Under the pieces are notes generated by a model. It was not told the DNA's origin, searched no databases, and worked only from the letters and a program-made list of their open reading frames with translations. A DNA stretch of 62,113 bases, filler included. It is 7 parts of 7 records of this genome, joined end to end, with 100 filler letters (N's around TTAATTAATTAA, not from the genome) between each part and the next. Parts side by side here need not be neighbours in the genome. Positions count along the whole stretch, not along the records: positions 34,088 to 49,104 come from SRR2962707_2415; positions 49,205 to 54,996 come from SRR2962707_2419; positions 55,097 to 62,113 come from SRR2962707_2420; 4 more parts are not named here. One strand, 5' to 3'. A program made the translations under genes and the position numbers. Below are positions 44,744-56,488 of the stretch, piece after piece. Every line of letters begins with the position of its first letter. Positions within the stretch are counted from its first letter, which is position 1.

Positions 44744-46554
44744 TCCTCTGCCCTACGCTGTTTCAATTTGAGAACGAACTCGGCACCCGGACCATCGTCA
44801 CGATTGTGGCCGACCAGGTTTCCGCCCAGAGCTTCAACGATCTGACGGGAAATGGAAAGCCCCAGGCCCAGCCCCTGTTTGACGGAGCGGGTGGTAAAAA
44901 ACGGTTCGAACACCTTCTCTGTGTTACCGGGAAGGCCATGCCCATTGTCTCGAACCCGGCAACGCCAGTTCCCCTCTTCCTCATCAATCATGATCTCGAT
45001 CAACGGCTCGTCACGGCCTTCAACCGCCTGAACCGCGTTCGCCACCAGATTGACCATCACCTGCTCGATCCGGATCAGATCCCCGTGGCACATGACCGGC
45101 TGCTCCGGACGATGCCAATCGATGCCAATGCCGCTACTGCTGTGCTGGGCACGAATAATCTTGAGGGCTCCATCCACAGCCAATCTGAGATCAACCACCG
45201 ACGGGGGACCCTCGGATTTTCTCGCGAACACCTTAAACTGTCGGATGAGCTCCGCCATCTTGTCGCACAGGGCGACAATTTCCCCCAGGTTGGCATCCAC
45301 CATATCGGTGGCCCCCCGCTCCAGAAACTTCCGACTGTTGCGGGCATAACCCTGGATAGCGGTCAGGGGCTGATTGATCTCGTGGTTCAGACCCGCCGAC
45401 ATTTGCCCGAGCACCGCGAGCTTGGCAGCCTGGATGAGCTCTTGCTGGGTTTCACGCAACTCCGTCTGGGCTCTCTCCCGCTCCTGTATCTCTTCCAGCA
45501 GTTGGTCATTGGAACGTTTAAGATCGGCTGTCCGCTGAGCAACGCGACGCTCCAACTGCTCTCCCCTCAAGGCCAGTTCACGTTCCCGCCGGTATCGTTC
45601 GCGAAGATACAACCAGGTAAGGAACCCGGCCAGGAACAAGGCCAGCCCGCTGACCAGGAAACCGGCGCGGGTCCAGAGTACTGATCGCGTCTCGGTCAGT
45701 ACCATCAGGCTCCAGTCCAGCCTGGGCAGGTCCACCTCGACGGTCAGGTACGTGCCAGCACTGTTGCTGTCCCGTAACTGAATCCGTGTGGAATAATCCG
45801 CCAGCCCCCACGGCTTGCCAGTGACAGAGAAGTCAACAGGCTCTAAATCCCGCTCGGGGTAACGTTGCCGCACGCGGGCGGTTTTTTCGGCCTTGTCACC
45901 TGGCCGAAAGTCCCGATACAACCACTGGCTGCGACTGGACAGAAAACTGATTCCGTCGCCGTCCAGCACCACCATTTGCGCCTGCTGGGTCGATTCTGGC
46001 CGGTGCCACTGCGACTCCAGCTCATGGACCAATATCTTGATGGCTACGACCCCGAGCAATTTGCCCCGCTGATCGCGCACCGGATGAGTGAAGTACAGAC
46101 CACGCTCCAGGGACCGTAAACCCAAGGCGAAATAGGCCACTGAATCTCCGGTTTGCACGGCTTCAGAAAAGTAGGGGCGAAACGCGTAATTATTGCCAAC
46201 GAAGGTGTCCGGCTGGCCGAAATTGTTGGCCGCAATCGTCAAACCAGACAAATCCATCAGGTAGATATCTGAGCCGCCGACAATGGTGGCCATTCTTTGC
46301 ATCTGCTCGTTGGCCCGAAGCAGGGTCACGGCATCATTCGGTTGCTTGAGCGCGTCGGCTAACAGGGGGTGTTCGGCGATAAGAGCCGGTACCGGCAGAT
46401 ACCGGTTCAGCTCATTCGCAACCAGTTGTCGGTACCGGAAAGCCTCTTGCAGGGCCTCCTGCTCCAGCTGGCGATAACCGTACCAACCGCCCAGAAGCCA
46501 GGACAGCAGCATGATGACAACCAGAATCACAACGACGCTGAAGCGCTGGAGCAT
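44740..46554 (-). CDS. Sensor histidine kinase, DctB-like
   Basis: Periplasmic FVGNNYAFRPYF, H-box HEINQPL, DNGHG, FEPFFTT, GLGLGL. Confidence 0.93.
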   Translation of the reverse strand: MLQRFSVVVILVVIMLLSWLLGGWYGYRQLEQEALQEAFRYRQLVANELNRYLPVPALIAEHPLLADALKQPNDAVTLLRANEQMQRMATIVGGSDIYLMDLSGLTIAANNFGQPDTFVGNNYAFRPYFSEAVQTGDSVAYFALGLRSLERGLYFTHPVRDQRGKLLGVVAIKILVHELESQWHRPESTQQAQMVVLDGDGISFLSSRSQWLYRDFRPGDKAEKTARVRQRYPERDLEPVDFSVTGKPWGLADYSTRIQLRDSNSAGTYLTVEVDLPRLDWSLMVLTETRSVLWTRAGFLVSGLALFLAGFLTWLYLRERYRRERELALRGEQLERRVAQRTADLKRSNDQLLEEIQERERAQTELRETQQELIQAAKLAVLGQMSAGLNHEINQPLTAIQGYARNSRKFLERGATDMVDANLGEIVALCDKMAELIRQFKVFARKSEGPPSVVDLRLAVDGALKIIRAQHSSSGIGIDWHRPEQPVMCHGDLIRIEQVMVNLVANAVQAVEGRDEPLIEIMIDEEEGNWRCRVRDNGHGLPGNTEKVFEPFFTTRSVKQGLGLGLSISRQIVEALGGNLVGHNRDDGPGAEFVLKLKQRRAEE

Positions 46555-46661
46555 GGAATTCAGTTCCGAAACATCAAAGAGGGGCCTCGGCCAAGCCTAG
46601 CGCCCCCGGACCGGCAGGACAACCCGCTCAGCGGCAGGTTGTCCTCCGGGTACTGGCCAGA

Positions 46662-48857
46662 TCAGGCGGCGGCCAGAGCCGGCGCACGCTTGCGCTGGAT
46701 GAGCATGGCGATTACCGCCAGCGCGATACCGGCCAGATCCGTCCACAAACCACCCTCGATGGTCAGCAGGGCCGCGGCCACCAGTAACAGCCGTACCAGA
46801 ACCGGGGCGGACGACCGTGCGAACCAGCCCAGGACACCGGCAGACAGCAGGTACACGCCAAAGGTAGCGGTAATCAGCGCCCGTCCGATTTCGAACCACC
46901 CTCCTTCCATCAACAGGGCACTGTTGTAGAAGAACATGAAGGGCACGATGAACGCCGCAATGCCGATCCGGAATGACGCGACCGATGTGGACATGGCGTT
47001 GGCACCGGAAATACCCGCCGCCGCATAGGACGCCAGTGCCACAGGCGGCGTGATGGCCGAGACTACGGCAAAGTAGAACACAAAGAAATGCGCGGTCAGC
47101 GGCTCAATCCCCAACTGCACCAGGCCCGGGGCCACGACCGAAGCTGCAACGGCATAAGCTGCGGTGGTCGGCATGCCCATGCCCAGCAGAATGGAAATAA
47201 ACATGGCAAACACCAGAGCCAGCAGGTGGCTGTGGGCCGCCACATCCAGCAACAGCACCGAGAACCGGGCGCCAACGCCGGTGAGTGAGATCACACCCAC
47301 AATGACACCGGCGGCCGCACAGACCACGATGATCTGAATCGACATATAGGCCGCTATCTCAAACGCATGCAGAATCTGCCGCAGGCCCATCTTGTTGGGG
47401 GAAATCCAGCTGACCACCGCCGCGGAAATCGTGGCCAGAGTACCGGCACGAATCACCGAGTAGCCCTGGAACAACGCCACGATCAGAATGATGATGGGCA
47501 CAAACAGGTATACCTGGCGCAGCATCAGGCGCAAATTGGGCAGCTCGTCTTCGCGCATGCCGCGCATCCCCAGCTTCTTGGCCTCGAAATCGACCATGAA
47601 GTAGACCGAGGCGAAGTACAGAATCGCCGGAATGATCGCCGCAATGGCAATTTCGGTATAGGGAATACCGGTAATTTCCGCCATGATGAAGGCACCCGCA
47701 CCCATGATCGGCGGCATGATCTGCCCGCCCGTAGACGCTGCTGCTTCAACCGCGCCGGCGGATTCCTTGCTGTAGCCAACCCGCTTCATCAAGGGGATGG
47801 TCAGGGAACCAGTGGATACCACGTTCCCGGCACTGGTGCCGTTGATCATACCCATCAGGCCAGAGGCGAAAATGGAGACTTTGGCGGGACCACCCCGGGA
47901 CCGACCAGCCGCCGCAAAAGCGAAATTCACAAAGTAGTCACCTACCTTCGACGCCTGCAAAAACGCGGCAAAGATAATGAACAGGATAATGTAAGTCGAA
48001 GACACCGCCGTGGTCGGCCCGAGAATACCCGCATCGGTATACACCTGGCTGAAGAAACGCTGCACCGACAGCCCGGGATACCCCAGAAAGCCCGGAAGGT
48101 AGGGGCCGGCGAAGACGTAGGCAAGAAACACCAGCGCAATCACCACCAGAGCCATACCGGCTACCCGGCGGGTAAGCTCCATAATCAGCGCGGTACCGGC
48201 CACTGCGGCGAAAGAAATGCCCACGGGAGCGAAGGCGGTGCCGGTGGTCATCCGCATGGAGGTGTTGAACACCACCAGCAGGTAGGCGGCAACCGCCACA
48301 GAGCAGACGATCAGAACCAGATCCGGCACGCTGAACCGGGCACGATCGCGCTGGTGGAACCAGCTCATGACAATACCCACACCGGAAGCCGCCAGCAGCG
48401 GCCAGCCAAAATGCCAGGTTTCCAGTTCCGCGGGAATCCGCAGGGTGCCACCCAGAATCATCTGGTGAAAGGCATAAGTCTGGTACAGCGCATAGAGCGC
48501 GGGAATCAGCGCGACTGCTGCAAACCAGGTGGTCCAGCGATGCCGCGCAGCAGCTTCTTCACCGGAAACGAAGCGGGCACCGGCAAACAGGATAAAGCCC
48601 AACACCAGGGCACCGGCCACGTGCACAATACGGAAGGACCAGGTTTCCATGGGCGACACGTTCAAGGTGTAGAGGTGAAACGCCGAATAGGCAATCGCCA
48701 GCAACACGACGAACTTCAGCAAAATACCGGTGTACAGGCGGCGGTTCGCCTCCACCGGCTCTTCGTCCACATTGTGGGCCAATACATGGTCTTCATTGAC
48801 CGTGAGGTTTTCTGCCAGCTGGATTTCACCGCTGGCATGGGATTGTTCTTTGGTCAT
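46662..48857 (-). CDS. TRAP transporter fused permease (4TM/12TM, TAXI-associated)
   Basis: RGGPAKV, EAAASTGGQIMPPIMGAGAFIMAE, LGMGMPTTAAY, ITPPVALASYAAA. Confidence 0.93.
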   Translation of the reverse strand: MTKEQSHASGEIQLAENLTVNEDHVLAHNVDEEPVEANRRLYTGILLKFVVLLAIAYSAFHLYTLNVSPMETWSFRIVHVAGALVLGFILFAGARFVSGEEAAARHRWTTWFAAVALIPALYALYQTYAFHQMILGGTLRIPAELETWHFGWPLLAASGVGIVMSWFHQRDRARFSVPDLVLIVCSVAVAAYLLVVFNTSMRMTTGTAFAPVGISFAAVAGTALIMELTRRVAGMALVVIALVFLAYVFAGPYLPGFLGYPGLSVQRFFSQVYTDAGILGPTTAVSSTYIILFIIFAAFLQASKVGDYFVNFAFAAAGRSRGGPAKVSIFASGLMGMINGTSAGNVVSTGSLTIPLMKRVGYSKESAGAVEAAASTGGQIMPPIMGAGAFIMAEITGIPYTEIAIAAIIPAILYFASVYFMVDFEAKKLGMRGMREDELPNLRLMLRQVYLFVPIIILIVALFQGYSVIRAGTLATISAAVVSWISPNKMGLRQILHAFEIAAYMSIQIIVVCAAAGVIVGVISLTGVGARFSVLLLDVAAHSHLLALVFAMFISILLGMGMPTTAAYAVAASVVAPGLVQLGIEPLTAHFFVFYFAVVSAITPPVALASYAAAGISGANAMSTSVASFRIGIAAFIVPFMFFYNSALLMEGGWFEIGRALITATFGVYLLSAGVLGWFARSSAPVLVRLLLVAAALLTIEGGLWTDLAGIALAVIAMLIQRKRAPALAAA

Positions 48858-48904
48858 GATAAGTCCTGCCTGTCTGAGAGGCGGTGAATCGGTATCGACC
48901 GGAT

Positions 48905-48933
48905 GCCGAAGGGTCGTCAGGCGACCCTTCGGC
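48905..48933. other. Intergenic stem-loop between TAXI receptor and permease genes
   Basis: GCCGAAGGGTCG-TCAGG-CGACCCTTCGGC, 12-bp stem. Probable mRNA-stabilising or attenuating hairpin. Confidence 0.6.
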
Positions 48934-48941
48934 CAGGTTCA

Positions 48942-49104
48942 TTACTGCTTGATGGCAGCGTCTTCGATGGGATAGCCGTTCTCGTTGAACCAGCGTGCTG
49001 CACCCGGATGCCAGGGCAGTACCTTGTTCTTGGTGTAGTTCTCGGGGACGGAGTGGCGCGCTGCCTTATGGATCGACACCATCTTGTCGTTGTTCTCCAT
49101 GGTC
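48942..49104 (-). CDS. TAXI-family TRAP solute receptor, C-terminal fragment (not in the ORF track)
   Basis: Translates TMENNDKMVSIHKAARHSVPENYTKNKVLPWHPGAARWFNENGYPIEDAAIKQ*, with the PxHPGA motif. Confidence 0.85.
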
Positions 49105-49204
49105 NNNNNNNNNNNNNNNNNNNNNNNNNNNNNNNNNNNNNNNNNNNNTTAATTAATTAANNNNNNNNNNNNNNNNNNNNNNNNNNNNNNNNNNNNNNNN
49201 NNNN
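49105..49204. other. Artificial contig linker
   Basis: N44-TTAATTAATTAA-N44. Confidence 0.98.
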
Positions 49205-49612
49205 CTTTTTTTCTTTCTTTCTTTTTTTTTTTTGCGGTTTGTTTTTGTTTGCTTGCTTTTTTCGGTTCTTTGTTTGCGCTGATTTGTTTGTTTTGGCTTC
49301 GGTTTTGGTTCGTTTCAGAAACTTCGAAAAGTCGAGCTCTTGTCTGTATTTCTTTCAATTCAATCACTCTGTCCGCTTTTCTTTCGTTCCGTTCCTGGAG
49401 CGCCACAGACCGTAAGACTAGGGAAACTGGGAACTCGTCGAGGGAGTTCGCGATGGCTTTTGGCCTGGTCCCAGATCATTGCGGCACTCTAGAGTGCACG
49501 CGGGAACTTCAACACAACGGCTGCAGGTAGGCATACATTCCTACGTGTGTGCGCGCACGCAGGCTTTGACATTGTGTGTGCTCCCCTTGGGAGACGCAGC
49601 GCGCACAGCAGC

Positions 49613-52600
49613 ATGTCGTTTGACAACCCATTGCTGAGGCGTAAAAAGACTGGAGAAGATCTAGACCCAGCAAAACTGAAGGCCGCGCTCCAGAGCCGCA
49701 ACGCGGATGGGGCGAAAGCCGCGTTCGTTCTCAGCGACCTCGAAGACATGAAACTGGCGGATGTGCGCAAGTACCTCCGGCTTCGAAACTTGAACCCACT
49801 TGGAGGCCTCGTGGAGGCGAAAGAACGGCTGCGGGAATCGCTGCAAGCGGAAGTCGATGCTGCAAATGCCAACGTCTCGTCGATTCAGTACCGCCAAGCA
49901 GCTCGCGAAGCTCGCGAGGCTGGGCAATTGCCCATTTCCCTTCACTACGATAAAAGCACGCATGACGCCATGATGGGGCCACTCAACTTACATAGCACTG
50001 CAGAGTACACCAAAGAATCCAAAATTAGACTGAAGAAAGACCGAAAGCTGAAGCAGCGGGTAGTGCACCAGTTCAATGTCCCCGGGGGGCGTATGAAAGC
50101 AGGCTTCATCAATGTTGTCAACAAGGGCTGGGGCCACGAAGCGCTCGAGTATGTGCGCCCCACCTCATTTCACCTGTGGTGTTTAATCGCAGGTTGTCCG
50201 TTTAATGTCGTTTCAAAACAAAATCATGTTTTCTCGTAGATACATCACAGTAAACGATTGGCCAGTCAAGAACATCACCTGGCAGGAAGGGGACTGGAAC
50301 ACGCCGCCATCACATTGCTTCGAGTTCCGGAAGCAGTGGTACCAACTCGTTTACCGTGGAAACCCGCTCATGGGCCCGGCTTCGCTTGGTCGTTGCGACG
50401 CTGTGCAAGATGGTCAAAGCGGAAACATTAAACTGATTTTCCGGTTCGGACGTTGAGCAAAGATCGACCATTGAAATGTACTGTGTTCACGAACAAACCA
50501 ATCGAAAGAACAATGGCGAGTCATAGTGGTGATATTCCCTGTCTCACGCCCATACGTCGCTTGCGTTTGTGTGTGTGTGCGCGCACGGTTGTATCATCCA
50601 AGGTATCTGGGTGACCCTCGACGTATCCCAAGCACGGCGAATGAAGGAGCTATTCCAAAACGAATCGTCAAGCGCTGGGATGTTGTCGGTGTGCGGAACG
50701 CTGTCGGCCCTCAACCAAGGGGCTATGAAGAAGCACTGGCAGCGTTGGAACGCAAAGAGTACGTTGGTCGGGCCGTCGCTCAGGTCCTAGTTGTATTGAG
50801 TCGGACGTTTCGGCTTGCAAGGGGTTATTTCCGCTTGCTTGCTTGCCAAAATTTGCGCTGAGCAGATACTTGGAAGAGCAGCACCAAATTCTGGAAGAGT
50901 TAAAGGCTGAGCGTGAAGAATGGGTGACGGGCCATGACGATCAGGGATATCTCTACTACGAGAAAGCTGATGGTGGGGAAGTAGACGCTGGTGGAACGCG
51001 ACAGTCAGTAATAAGTTCTTGCGATTTCGATGTTCGGAATAGACTGTGCTGAAAGTCCTTCCAAATGCTATCTGTTTTGAGTGCCGATCGCCTGATGCTG
51101 CTTCCACTAAAATTCCCGACCAAGGTACGAGGTTCCTGAGGTGCAGCAGTTGCTTGAACGGCAGCTGGATTTGCTCGGATATTTGCCAGGAGTGCTTGAA
51201 GAAAAGCGCGAAGCAAAAAGAGCCGAGGTTTTTATTTTTATTTTTTTCGTTGCCAACTCAAACTTGACGAAGATGATGTTTGTGCAGTTGCAGTTTGGGT
51301 GTTTTCTTTTCGCAAGAGAATTTGACGTTGAAGTGCAAATGTGGATGGTTAGCTTGCTGCAGAAAAAGAAGCCGCTGAGCGAGCAGAACAGGAGGCGTAT
51401 GACAAGAGGGTTGCTGGCATCACCCTGGAGCTTCGTGCTGTTGAAGCCCGATATGAAGCCATGGCCGAGGACCTGCGCATGGAGAAGCGTCACTCTAAGC
51501 GCGCAGAAAAAGAGGTTTGTTTTGCGCACGCTCGGAGTGGTGGTGTTGTCAGTATCATTGGCTTCATTTCACTATTGCCTAACTCCATGTGGTACATTGT
51601 ACACAGCGACAATTGCACAAGGTGCGACTACAACTAAAAAAATTACGTGAATACTTAACGGAGGTTGCTGGGCGTGCGGCTCTATCTACTGCAGCGACCA
51701 AGTCAGAAAAAGCAGAGGCTGCGGCGGTGATGGAGTTCAAGCCCCTCACCGAGGAGGAGCGTCTTGCTCTGGAACAAGAACAGGCAGAAGAAAAACGAAG
51801 ACAAGAAGAGGAGGACCGGAATGATCCAGATCAGCCCGTGGGAGACCCGCGCCTGTGGAGGCCGCGAGCCGTGGTGAAGTGGTTTCTGGCATCAAAAGTG
51901 GCCCAGTATGTTCCACAACTTGTTTGTGCTGTGCTTTCGTTGTCCATTTGCAAGGGTTACATTTTCTTGTTGAGCGCATCGCCTAGTGCTGCAACATTTG
52001 CTGATTGAGTTCAAAAAACTTGCGAACTAGATATGCTGGGGCGTTTGAGCAAGCAGGATGGACTGGTAAGCAGCTGCTCGATGCCGGAGAAGCCGAACTC
52101 GAGGCGCTCGGCATCCGTTCGCATATTCACCGAGTGATTATCGTTCGGCAAATCATGACGTTGTGCGAGGAGTGGGAGAACACTCTGTCCATCAAAGAGC
52201 ATGAGCTGACGGAGGCAACGGCAGCTGCTGGACAAGCCGTCCGTCATCTTGGGAAACAGGTTTGTTTCGAATTGGTCGCCATGTCGCATTTGCCGCTCGA
52301 CTTTGTGTGTTTTGGATGATGAAAATCAGTGCTCACAGCGCGATGCTGTTGCTCAGATGGATGACTTGGTGATCTCTGGAAATCTTCCGCTGTTCAAAGA
52401 ACGTCATGCGGAGGCAGCAGCCCTTCTTGATCACATGCGCGAGCTTCGAGAAGCTCTTCTTCTACTTGTCAGCAATGAAGCTATATCACACATTGAGCTT
52501 GGAAGTGACGCGGAAGAAGCCTGGGAGAAGTGTTCAAACGCGCTGCGCGCTCTTCAACACGCTCACGAAACTGAAATTGCACGACTGGTGAAACTGGAGA

Positions 52601-53426
52601 AAGATCAAAAAGAAGCTGCTGCAATGGAGAAAAAGCTGAAGAAAGCTGTGACGCGGGCCTACGAGAGCCTGGATGACACCATTGCGCCCATCAAGGTCGT
52701 GGCAGCGGCTGGTGCGTGCACCATGTAGTGTGATCGATATTTCTATTGATCCGCGGTCGTTCTATTGAGCAACATTGCCCAATTCTGATTCTCACTGATC
52801 TCTCTGTTGTTTGCTAATATCCCAGCAACACTGCTCGCGATGCTTCGCAAAGCTCTCCAGCTAAATCTTGTAACTGAGCAGTTGGATGCAGTTCAAGAGG
52901 CGCGAGCCTTGGTGAAAGAACTTTTCGATCAGGTCGCTTCAAACGTGGAGCTGGTGTTTGATCAAGTCAGTTGTGCTTGAAATTGCTGACGACTCTTGTC
53001 GTCAACGGCACGACTTGAGATTATCATGTTGTAGTCGACTAATTGGTGAACTTTCATGTGGTCTGTGGTATGCGGTCGTAGCTTGCAGAAGAGCAAGAGG
53101 CTGAAGACCGCGAAAAGAGGAGAAGGGCGGCTGCCGTTGCTGTTGGTGGAGCTGCCGTTGCAGCTGAGAAGGAAAGAGCGCACAAACTTGCCGAGGCGCA
53201 AGAGCATGAGCAGGCACAGCTTCGTGGGAAGCGGCGAGCAGAGTGTACTGAGGCAGAGGCGGAAGCGCAGCGCCTGGCAGCCATGGTGCCGCCAATCAAA
53301 ACAATAGATGGCGAAGGATGGGACTGGATCCCTAAGAAATGGCTTGACGAAGTGGGGAGGCACTTGTTTCATATGGAATTTGAGAGCGCTACTGGAGAAC
53401 ATGTCACGCAGACACCTGTGATGTAG
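49613..53426 (+). CDS. Multi-exon eukaryotic protein with SAP-like, WW-like, SAM and coiled-coil regions
   Basis: SAP-like LEDMKLADVRKYLRLRNLNPLGGLVEAKERL; WW-like EWVTGHDDQGYLYY; SAM WRPRAVVKWF...YAGAFEQAGWTGKQLLDAGEAELEALGIRSHIHRVII. GT-AG introns; TAG at 53424-53426. Confidence 0.6.
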
Positions 53427-53464
53427 TCGTTGCTTTGGACAATATTTATAACGTAGTTGGAATG

Positions 53465-54693
53465 CTAGTTTGTTTTTCCGAGTTGCCGCTGCTCTTCCGC
53501 CGCACGCTGTGCTACAAGGGCCGATTCCACAGCCTCGAGGACTTTTTTGGTGAACTTTTTGTCAATATGCTTCTGCACGATGCGCTGTTGCCGAATTGTT
53601 CGATCCATTTCTGTTGCTGCACATCACGAGGAGACGTTCGTTTGGAGGTCAAACTTGCAAGCAATAAATTGTACTCCCCAAGCATGCATGCACAGTTTCC
53701 AAGGTTCCACACGAACCAGACATCACCCGTTTGCCCGGACGCGCCGTGCCCGGCTCAGCCACCATGATTGCTGGGGTCACACCATCGGTTGGCGGGTCAA
53801 CTACCTCGCAAGAGGTCTCGCGTATCCGCCACTCTTTGAGGGGGCTGTCCTCGCAAACGTTCTCAACGCGAAACGACCCCTTGAAATGCACAGGATCAGA
53901 GTCCGAGCCACGAGTAAAAGTGGCGGTGTAATGTGCCTTCAATTTCAGTTCATACCTGTCCCCGCAGAAATAACAGACCGTGACGCACGTTAACGCACAG
54001 AAAAAGCATCCCTCGCCACTCGACAGCCTGCGCCCAAATATTGCAAAAGCGAGCTTACGCCATGATGACTTTGCCCTTGCGCAGGTTGCTAAAAATATCG
54101 CCATCGCACTCAACATGGGAGCACTTTGCATCAACTTTTCCACCGTCAAGATGGACCGACGCAGCGCGCTCTGCCAACAGCTTTTTTGCAACAGGCGATG
54201 TCACAGGAAAAAAGTCACAACACACCGCAAAGACCAGCCGCCAAGCACTCCCATCACCTCAGTTTCCCAACAACTGCGCGCTGGGAGTTCCGACGGCACA
54301 GCGAGCGCTGTGCAAAACGCTCTTGTCAAGCGGCCGCATGCATACATAGATCACACCGTGAACACGCACCTTGGCAAAAGACGCTTTCAAATCCGTCTCT
54401 TCCCAATGGTAGGAACCCGTATTCCACTTCGATGCCCCTGCAGCCTCTGCGACAGCACCCGCCGCACCCGCTGCGGGCTTGCTGCCTGCCTCAATTTTTT
54501 GTGGAGGCTCGAATTTAACTGTGTCGGAGCCTCGGGTTGTATGCGCGTAGTAATAGCTGCTCCGAGTTGCCAGTGAACCAGTTGCCTCGGCATGGAGTTG
54601 CTCGACCTCTTTGTCGTTGCCAAGATCGACGGCAGCCACTGGTTCCGCTTGAGAAGCGGGATCGAGTGCCACAGGGGCCACTTCAACTGACAT
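53465..54693 (-). CDS. Hsp90 activator Aha1 N-terminal-domain protein (multi-exon)
   Basis: SKWNTGSYHWEETDL resembles the Aha1 NxNNWHW motif. YELKLKAHY...FKGSFRVENVCED; GT-AG introns. Confidence 0.65.
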
Positions 54694-54996
54694 CGCTGCT
54701 GCTTTCGTTGTCTCCGCAATTCGAAATCCCAATTCCGTCGCCCTGTTGTTGTATTATTTTTTTTCCTGCTTTGTGGTTCTCTGTTTTTGGATACTTTGAG
54801 AGGGCGGAACGAACGCCTCGACACTGTGGAAGGCGCAGTTAGCCGGGAGAACATCAACCGAAGTGAGTGAGTGAACGAAGCGAAGCGAGCAGAAGAAGAA
54901 GACGAAGACAGAGCAGAGAGCAAAACCGCCGCTAAAAAACGCACACGTTATTTACCGGTTTAGGTTGTGGTGAGAGTGAGTGAGTGAGTGAGTGAG

Positions 54997-55096
54997 NNNN
55001 NNNNNNNNNNNNNNNNNNNNNNNNNNNNNNNNNNNNNNNNTTAATTAATTAANNNNNNNNNNNNNNNNNNNNNNNNNNNNNNNNNNNNNNNNNNNN
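54997..55096. other. Artificial contig linker
   Basis: N44-TTAATTAATTAA-N44. Confidence 0.98.
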
Positions 55097-56201
55097 GATG
55101 GTCAAGGAAGGCCTGATCAACCTCGACTTCGCCGACGTTCGTTCGGTGATGCGCGAGATGGGCCGCGCCATGATGGGTACCGGCGAAGCTTCCGGCGAAG
55201 GCCGCGCAATGGCCGCCGCAGAAGCCGCGATTGCCAATCCGCTGCTCGACGAGACCACGATGAAGGGTGCGCAGGGTCTGTTGATCTCGATCACCGGTGG
55301 TCGCGACATGACGCTGTTTGAAGTTGACGAAGCTGCGACCCGCATCCGCGAGGAAGTCGACGCAGACGCCAACATCATTCTTGGCGCAACCTTTGACGAG
55401 GCGCTCGAAGGTCTTATCCGGGTCTCGGTTGTTGCTACCGGCATCGACCGGGTTGAAGGTGCTGTCGAACAGCGTGCCGCGTCGGCACGTCCTGCAGCTC
55501 GTCCAGCTGTCAGCGCGCAGCCGCAGGCCGCCCGTCCGGCAACGCCAGCCACGCAGTCTGCACCCACAGCTTCTGCCGATCCTGTCGCTCAGACCATTCT
55601 TTCCGCCGAAGACGATCTCGAGCGGGAACTCGACATTGCCAGCGAAATCGAGCTGGCAGCGCAGAACCAGGCAGCCAAAGCTGCACCGGTCGCACAGCCC
55701 GGCTTCCAGCCAAACAGCAAGCTTTTTGCTGATACCGGCGCACCCAAGCAGGTTGCTCCGGCGCCGCAGCGCCCGGTGATGTCGGCTGCGCCTGAGGCCG
55801 CTCCGCAGCAGCCAGTTGCGCAGCCCGTACGGACGCCACCCGAGATGAACTCGGAGATGCAGGCCACACGGATGCCACGCGTTGAAGATTTCCCGCCGGT
55901 GGTAAAGGCGGAAATGGAACATCGTGCCGCGCCGCAGGGTCATGCCGACGAGCGCGGCCCGATGGGCTTGCTCAAGCGGATTTCGAGCACACTGGGCCGT
56001 CGTGAAGAGGACGAAGCTTCTCATGCCGCACCGGCCAGCCCTGCACCGCAGGCTCGCCGCCCGCTGTCGCCGGAAGCCAGCGTCTATGCACCGCGCCGCG
56101 GCCAGCTTGATGATCAGGGCCGGGCCACGCCGCAGGCACGTTCGAATCATGAAGATGAGCAACTCGACATTCCGGCCTTCCTTCGCCGGCAGGCCAAATG
56201 A
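55097..56201 (+). CDS. ftsZ: Cell division protein FtsZ, 5'-truncated, long alphaproteobacterial linker
   Basis: [25 protein letters not shown]-terminal [10 protein letters not shown]. Confidence 0.97.
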
Positions 56202-56226
56202 AGCCGGTTGATTGACATAGAATGCG

Positions 56227-56260
56227 GACATGGCGGCCATCAGGTCGCCATGTCTTTTTT
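56227..56260 (+). terminator. Intrinsic terminator after ftsZ
   Basis: GACATGGCGGCC-ATCA-GGTCGCCATGTC followed by TTTTTT. Confidence 0.85.
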
Positions 56261-56488
56261 AAGCCCTTGTTTAGCATCAGCTTTCGAGTGTGACTCAATG
56301 TTACAAGTTCGTAACAGATGGAAAAAAAGCGTGATTTGGAAAGTCGGGCCCACCACCGTATCTTCCCCCACAACAACAAAGGGCTGGGGTAGTCGCCAGA
56401 GCTGGGGAGGCTCAGGACTGCTTCTGACAATTGGGGACACAACGGTCTTTCAAGGCCGTGCCAAATATTGCGGGAAACGGCGACATTC

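Noticed and set aside
25318-49204. Bacteria-to-eukaryote horizontal transfer or an integrated element
   Set aside because: Adjacency exists only through artificial linkers, and the plasmid contig closes on itself.
11590-55096. Six copies of TTAATTAATTAA as a biological repeat or insertion site
   Set aside because: Always centred in exactly 44+44 Ns. It is a six-frame-stop assembly spacer.
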